64,000 nt of DNA from Eledone cirrhosa. Lineage: Eukaryota. A program made the translations under genes and the position numbers. Position 1 is the stretch's first letter. Each line of letters opens with the position of its first letter. The notes under the pieces are model-generated. The model had not been told where the DNA came from, did no database searches, and saw only the letters and a list, made by a program, of their open reading frames with translations. This document shows, one piece after another, positions 56,955 to 64,000 of the stretch. The stretch lies in assembly GCA_964016885.1 (NCBI GenBank), contig OZ024740.1:162316001-162380000 (forward strand), in the 5' to 3' direction.

Positions 56955-59236
56955 TGTCCATACATACATGCATACATACATATATACATACATACATATA
57001 CACACAATAAGACAATTATTTAAAGAATTTGTATAACAACGAAACAATTCTATTTGTTATCTCATGGAATGGTTTATTGTCAGTTAGAAACAAAACACAT
57101 TCCACAATGTAAAGTTACAATGGTAATATAATACGCTATAGCTAAACATCAGTTGTGAAAGATATTGCAGAAATTATCTTCGATGTGTTAAGAGAAATAA
57201 GTGATAGGTATTATGGGAATAATATAGTTATGTCATAACTCATGATGATCGGAGTGATAATTGAGTTTGCATTCTTACTTAAAAAACAAAGAGCAATGTT
57301 CATTAAAAGTGGTCAAAAGTTCCCGGAGCGGACAATGACCCACTTCTAGCTATACTACTGATTGACATCGAACTGGATATGTGTATGTTGTAGGTGATCG
57401 ATTTGACATAGTCGTTAGAGTGTTAGATGTTTGTTCCAGGTCTCTGAGTTCAAATCTCGTCGAGGTCCACTTTTTTTTCATCCTTTCGGGGTCGATAAAG
57501 AAAGTATCAGCTCAGAGCTAGTACAGTCCGCTTTCCTTCCGGCTGTCACATCCTGGATGTTCCCGCTAGATTAAATAAAAAGAGTTTGTGTCTGTTCACA
57601 TCTGCATGGGTACCTCAAAAACCCCGGTACATACTACCAAGTCATACTCGATTACAAATTATGGCCGTATTACTATGTATGGTGCCTTTTTGAAGCTAAT
57701 GGATAGTAATATGAAAGTGTATTCGGATTAAATACAGCTGGTGTTGACATTAAATTACAGGAAAGCCTCATTGGGTTACAGAATTAGCAATAGCTCAAGT
57801 TATTTTAAAACATTGAGAACATAATTTAGAGAAAATTACGGAAATTACTTGAAGATATTGCTTTTTCCACTTAACTGATTTTAGCCGGGTGACTTACTAC
57901 CTTGAAATGTCCTTCATATTGTAAGATGAAAGTATCTATGTTTATCACTAACAACACTGAAGTCAGATATTGACAAAAAAATAGTGTGCATCAACCACAG
58001 ATTTCACACCACAGAAAGTGTCAATCATAAGAATACTGTTTTGTTAAAGAATATTTTATTCTGGAAATGCAAATTTTCTTCCGACTTCCTGCACTCAGTT
58101 TAAATTCCACCGGTGACTTTACCTTTCATCATTTAAGGTTAGATACATGGAATATAAGTCAAATATTAGAGTAGATTCTCTCCCTCTCTCTCTCTCTCTC
58201 TCGCTCTTTCACTCGGTCACTTTCTCTTAGAATCAGCTACGTGTTAGTATGAGAAGGTGTATGAAAGACCAATTACTTAGAGTGTCTCCATTTCTTTCAG
58301 AAACGGATAACGATTTGGTGAGGGACTAGCAAGCTCTTCTGGTAGAGAGACTGATATGCTACAGAAACCACCCAGGGATGTCTCAATGTGCAGTACAACA
58401 CAGAATGGAAATTAAAAAAAGTATTATCCAAAACATTTCTCTTTTTGTTAATATAATACACAATATTAAAGTTAATGTTAGGGCGGCGGATTGACAGTAT
58501 CGCTAGAGCATCGAACAACATGCTTTGCGACATAGAGTTCAAATCCCGCCAAAGTTAACTTTGGCTTTCATCTTTACGGGGTCAATAAAATAAAGCTCTA
58601 GTAATGCACTGGGGGCAACAAAATAAAGCTTTAGTAATGCACTGTTGTCAATAAAATAAAGCTCTAGTTATGCTCTGGGGGCAATAAAATAAAGCTCTAG
58701 TCGAGTTAATCGACTTTCCCCTCCTCCAAAACTTATTGGCCTTGTGCATAAAGCAGAAGCCATTATTAAAGTTAATGTTTACCAGTCCTTATATCTTATG
58801 CTTCTACTACACATTTATATCTTTATGGAATTTTCGTAGAAATGGTAGTTTTTGTAAGTTATTACAAACACTTTGTTTTTATATGATACAGCTACAATTA
58901 ATGATTTCTGATTTAGACAGAAGGTCAACAATATTGTGGGAAGGAGAAGTCGATTAAATCAACCCCAGTGGTACTTTATAAGGATGAAAGGCAAGGCTTA
59001 CCTCGGCGGAATTTGAAATCAGAACGTAAGGTGCAGTAACTATATGCCACATCGCATGTTGTCTGACGTTCTACTGATACTGCCAATTCTGCGCCCTTGA
59101 AACAGTTACAATTAATAAACATTGTGAATTGTTCACTGATTATTCATCTAATAATATCTGTGAAAGGAGCGCAAAGATAAGTTATGGAGTGGACCATGAG
59201 TAAAAATAAAAGAAAAAAAGAACCACTGCTGTAAAC

Positions 59237-59584
59237 CAGTAGTCGCCAACCGGTGGCCCGAAAGAAAATTTTGGTGGTCTGCAGAAAAATTTGGACATTA
59301 TTTAAAATATTTATGTTTTATTAATAATAAAACAAAAATGATATTTGATTTTAAAATGTTTCTCTTCAGTAAAGAACTAACATCCATGAAAACATTTTAC
59401 ACATATATATCATCTATCGACAATATGACAATATGACGCTTCAGTATTGTTTAATAAAATGGGAGTTCTCAGATCAATATTTTACAAACGTATTTATCTT
59501 TTTAAGATTTTCATGTTAGCGGTCCGCGGGATTTAAAATTATGAATTTAGTAGTCCGTGAGGTCCGAAAGATTGGCGATCGCTG
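59237..59584. mobile_element. hAT/Charlie-like MITE
   Basis: TIR CAGTAGTCGCCAA/TTGGCGATCGCTG; 8-bp flanks CTGTAAAC and CTCTAGAC (6 of 8 match). Confidence 0.75.
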
Positions 59585-59706
59585 CTCTAGACCATTAATT
59601 GGGCTTCTTTATCTAGAACCGTAATATTTGATTTAAGAAAGATTTGACTGCTATCTTTAAGAAGTTAAGTGATCACATAAAAGCCAATGTCCCCATTAAT
59701 ATATAA

Positions 59707-60185
59707 CTAGCAGAAAAACCACCCTTCGGGTGGTTTTCTGCTAACATGTGTAGTGTGTATATTGATATTATACACAAATATATATGCATGTAAATAAAAT
59801 CGTAATTGACAATATACACAAAAATTGAACGAAGAGTGTGTTACACTGTCTTCTGTAATCAGTAACGTAATCCATGATACATTTAAAAAAAGACGATATT
59901 ATATATAAACTGCATTAGGAGAAAATTAGCGACGGAAATATATGCGATTATAGGTGTTAAAATATAACGGCCGCTAACCAGAAGTGTTGACGTTTGACAA
60001 TTTTAAAGAAGTGAATCTTTAAATAAGCTATAAAATATATTTAATCAACAGCCACGAAATTTAGTAGATAAATTATGTAATATTCATTCATTATTTATTC
60101 AAAGTAATCCAACTTATTTTACAAACGGGGTAAAAAAATATATTCTGGATGCAGTCCCACGCTCCTTTCTTTATTATAGTTTAGA
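59707..60185 (-). mobile_element. Non-autonomous Helitron
   Basis: Minus-strand 5' TCTAAACTATAATAAAG; 3' hairpin AAAACCACCCGAAGGGTGGTTTT followed by CTAG. Confidence 0.7.
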
Positions 60186-61080
60186 TTCCATGCCACTTGT
60201 CCTCGTGTTTAAATCTTGCAAACCTAGTTCAAATTTCACCCCTGACAAATTCAAGAGAAAAATATCAACCGATGGACTAGAAGCACTAGAAACATTAAGG
60301 AGTTATACAAGTTAGGAACCCAATCTCCTTGAAACCACATCCCAACGTCTTTAAAAAGCAGACATTTGATATTAGTTGTCCAAGTTACGTTATGCCTAAA
60401 AAAAAGGAAAAGAAAAAAAATTGGTTTGTATGAGCTTGAATGCTTTCTATCATAGATCTGCTTCACTATAGTCGACTTGGGCCTAAAAACGACTACTGGG
60501 ACCCTTTCAAAATATGCCTTTAAGCTGAACTAAAATAAATATTTATTAAGAGTTACACAATAGTGATGGGCTATGTAAATGTATGTGCACGAAAGAGAGA
60601 GAGAGAGGGAGAGGGAGAGAGAGAGAGAGAGATTGGCGCCTCACAGAAGATTGACTTAAACCGCCAGATTTCTTTCTTTTGGGGTTATATATGTCAATAA
60701 ACCCAGGACCATCACTGAGCTAAAGTAAAGCATCAGGAAAGAGATCAGAATCATCACTAGGATTGTTATATCTACTATATTAATTATTATATAATTGATA
60801 ATATTTAACTATATGTGAGAAGAGTATATTAGTATTAAAATAAACAAATATTAACGTGTTTCAGAATATCATTTCAGAGGTTAAAGGGGAGGGGGTAATT
60901 TATGAGTTGAACTGGTATTAAAGTTAAAAGTAAATTATTAATCATCTAAATATTATTGCTAAGTACATATATTTGAATTAATATATGTTAAGCATTTACA
61001 CTTGTTTAAGGGATATTTTATATATGGCCAAATTATATAAGTGTGGGATGTATTTAAGAAAATTAATACATATATATATA

Positions 61081-61325
61081 TTTTCGAAACAGCGAGTGGG
61101 TTTGAAATTATTAGAAATGTAAGCTAGCGCCGTATATGGACTAAAGAAATTATTTAGCCTGATAGTTAAGAACCCTTGGAGAAATGGAAAAAGATGAATA
61201 TTGACGTACATGGGAGTCGAACCCACATCTTTGGTTATACGAACCACTGTGCTACCATTTACACCAACACACGATGTGTTGATTTCTTTAGTCCAAATAC
61301 GGCGCTAGCTTACATTTCTAATAAT
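61081..61325 (-). mobile_element. tRNA-headed SINE-like element with an inverted copy of its 3' part at the 5' end
   Basis: Cloverleaf-like segment at 61202-61273 (A box TGGTGTAAATGG, T arm GTGGGTTCGACTCCCAT). Inverted arms at 61107-61152 and 61280-61325. TA-rich flanks. Confidence 0.7.
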
Positions 61326-62348
61326 ATATGTATATAAATATGCATACGTTTATATATATATGAATTTATACATAGTATATTTTGCAATATACTGTATGCT
61401 TAATTAAAAGCATTTCGAAGACCTTACGCTATTGTTTTAGAGTAGTGACAGTTTCACTTACTTTTAATTTTCAGCAAACAGGCGAGATCAAGCTGACAGA
61501 GCTCTGTTTCGTACTTTTTGGTACTTATCAAAGTTAAGTACTCCACCTGTTTGAGAAATAGAAAATTAGAATTGGTGCTCTGAAATAGCGATATATATAT
61601 GAATGTATATATAGTGTATTTTGCAATACACTGTTGGCTTAATATATATTTATATGCATATGCATACGTATATGTGTAGGTGCGCCATATGTCTCCAAAA
61701 TATAGGGATTAATGCACATCCCACAAAATTCACATTTCCTGACTGATTGTCTACAATTAATTCTGAACATATTTTACCTTGAGCAACGTTATCTAGAACA
61801 GGATGTTATGACAGGTGTCTGTATATTCATAATTAAAATGCACTACCACAATGTAATGACGTCTAGAAATTATCTTCAATTCAATATATATGTTTCTGTG
61901 GTACTGTGTGTGCGCATTCGTGCATTGATATCCATATATTTATATGTATATCTAGCTATCTATACACATACACACATATAAAGTACACACACAAACACAC
62001 ATACAAACACATACACACACATATATATATTTATATATTTAATATATATATATATTATATATATGTATATATATATATTTATATATTTAATACATATATT
62101 ATATATATGTATATATATATTTATATATTGAATATATATATTATATATATGTATATATATGTATATATGTATATATATATATATATGTATATATGTGTAT
62201 ATATATATAAATATATATATATATATTTGTATATATATATATATATATACATATATATATGTAGAGAGAGAGCGAGAGAGAGGGAGAGTGTGTGTGTGAG
62301 AGAGAGAGAGATTTGTATATATATCCCCAACAAATTAAATATAACCTC

Positions 62349-62414
<66 letters not shown>

Positions 62415-62546
62415 GAGGTTATATTTAATTTGTTGGGATACAACAAGCAAAATATTTTTATAACTGATATAAAGCACTCAACAAATTAATTGGAGTAAAT
62501 ATACAATATATTAACAAATGGAAACTATATTTATAAAACCATATTT

Positions 62547-62610
62547 ATTTCATTATACATATTTCAAGGGCCACCAAGGCAGATTATGGTGCGCTTTCAT
62601 CAGATAAAAT
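62547..62610 (-). ncRNA. Type I hammerhead ribozyme, same family as 7771 and 28544
   Basis: ATTTTAT-CTGATGA-AAG.GCACCA..TGGTG.CCCTT-GAAA-TATGTA-TA-ATGAAAT. Confidence 0.8.
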
Positions 62611-64000
62611 ATAATATAGATTAGTTTTATAAATAAATATTGACATACCCTGAAAAATGCAACCTTCGCGGTTGGAGTCTCCCGGATAGTGGAGATATTT
62701 GATTTATTGTTGGTTTATTATGCAAATTAGTGTCGGAAAGGTTTAAATAACAGTATATTTAAATTACGCCGTTGGAAGAGGGAAAAAAGAAAGAGAAAAA
62801 GAGAAAAAGAAAGAGAAAAAGAAAGAGAAAAAGAAAGAGAAAAAGAAAGAGAAAAAGAAAAAGAAATAGAAAAAGAAAGAGAAAGAGAAACAATGTGAGT
62901 ATATTTAAGTGAGAGAGAATATTAGTTATAAGGACAGTAATAGCGTAATTGAGAGAAGAAGCGACGAAATGAATAAATGAATATATCGTAGATGAATAAT
63001 AGCCGGATTCATTATAATGATAGGTTGAAGAATTTTATCTAGGGTTTAATAAATTAATAATTTATCAATTCAATCAGTAGTTTAAATGTGTATGTTAAAA
63101 ACTTTTATATATATATTTATATATACTTTTTAAAAATATACTATTATTACAAAACCTATATATTATTATTATTATAATAAGATATATATTATTTTCATTA
63201 ATTATTTTAAAAATTATTAGAAAATTATTAAAAAATTATAAAAAAATTATTAAAAAGTAAAAAAATTGTAGGTTTAAAGTATCCGAACAATTCTAAGCCC
63301 ATAGAAATTCAGAGAGTTTATTTGTATTATTTGTATTATTTGTATTATTTGTATTATAATAGCGTAAGGGAAAATTGTTAGTGATTTATTAATAATTCAG
63401 GTAACTCTAAGGATTAAATGCTATAAGGTTAAGAAGTTAAAAATTTAAATTTTCCACCTTAAGAAGGTAAGTAGAGTATGAATCTTATGTTATTTTATAG
63501 TAAGTTATAAATTTATAAATTCATAATTTCAGCTGTCATACAGTTATAACTGTTAAAACATAAATTTGCTTGCTATAACGTCATAACATATAGAAATTAT
63601 AATATTTAAAATTTTCATAGGAATATATCCAAAGCATAAACCATAAAAACTCTTTCATTAGCGTATATTTATAGAATATATTTAAAGTATAAATTTTAGG
63701 TTATACCATATACATCAAAATCACTATGTTTATCTCATATATATATATATAAAAATGTGGATATATATATATATATATATATATAAAGCATTTGAAAAAT
63801 ATAAGAATATAGAAATACAAAATACACAATATAAAATATGAATTATAATGAATTTAAAAAATATAAGAATATAGAAATATAAAATACACAGTATAAAATA
63901 TGAATTATAATTTTCTTATACCCATCAGAGGAATTTTCAAAAAATTTTCTTTAAATCTTTCAGTACGTTTATCAAGAAAAATTTCCAAGAAAAAATTTTT

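Noticed and set aside
61202-61273. Functional tRNA gene
   Set aside because: The acceptor stem pairs poorly, the anticodon loop lacks U33, and it is embedded in a repeated element.

Overview
AT-rich, microsatellite-dense eukaryotic intergenic or intronic DNA with no supportable host gene. The repeat make-up (tRNA-derived SINEs, very dense TA/CA/TACA/GATA arrays) suggests an octopus or other cephalopod genome, which is an inference. The window holds decayed R4/Dong-like and RTE LINEs, a 5'-truncated Penelope-like element (PLE; RT C-terminus plus GIY-YIG) with an inverted pLTR, a lone LTR with a tRNA-Trp PBS, two Helitrons, hAT and Tc/pogo MITEs and many SINEs. The main hidden signal is about 20 type I hammerhead ribozyme (HHR) motifs from roughly a dozen unrelated short-element families. 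They mostly sit in fold-back structures next to (TA)n arrays and show stem covariation, palindromic stem III, and one compensatory U3-A8 core variant. A tRNA-headed element shares the same PLE-type inverted architecture. All folds were done by eye, and repeat coordinates are approximate.
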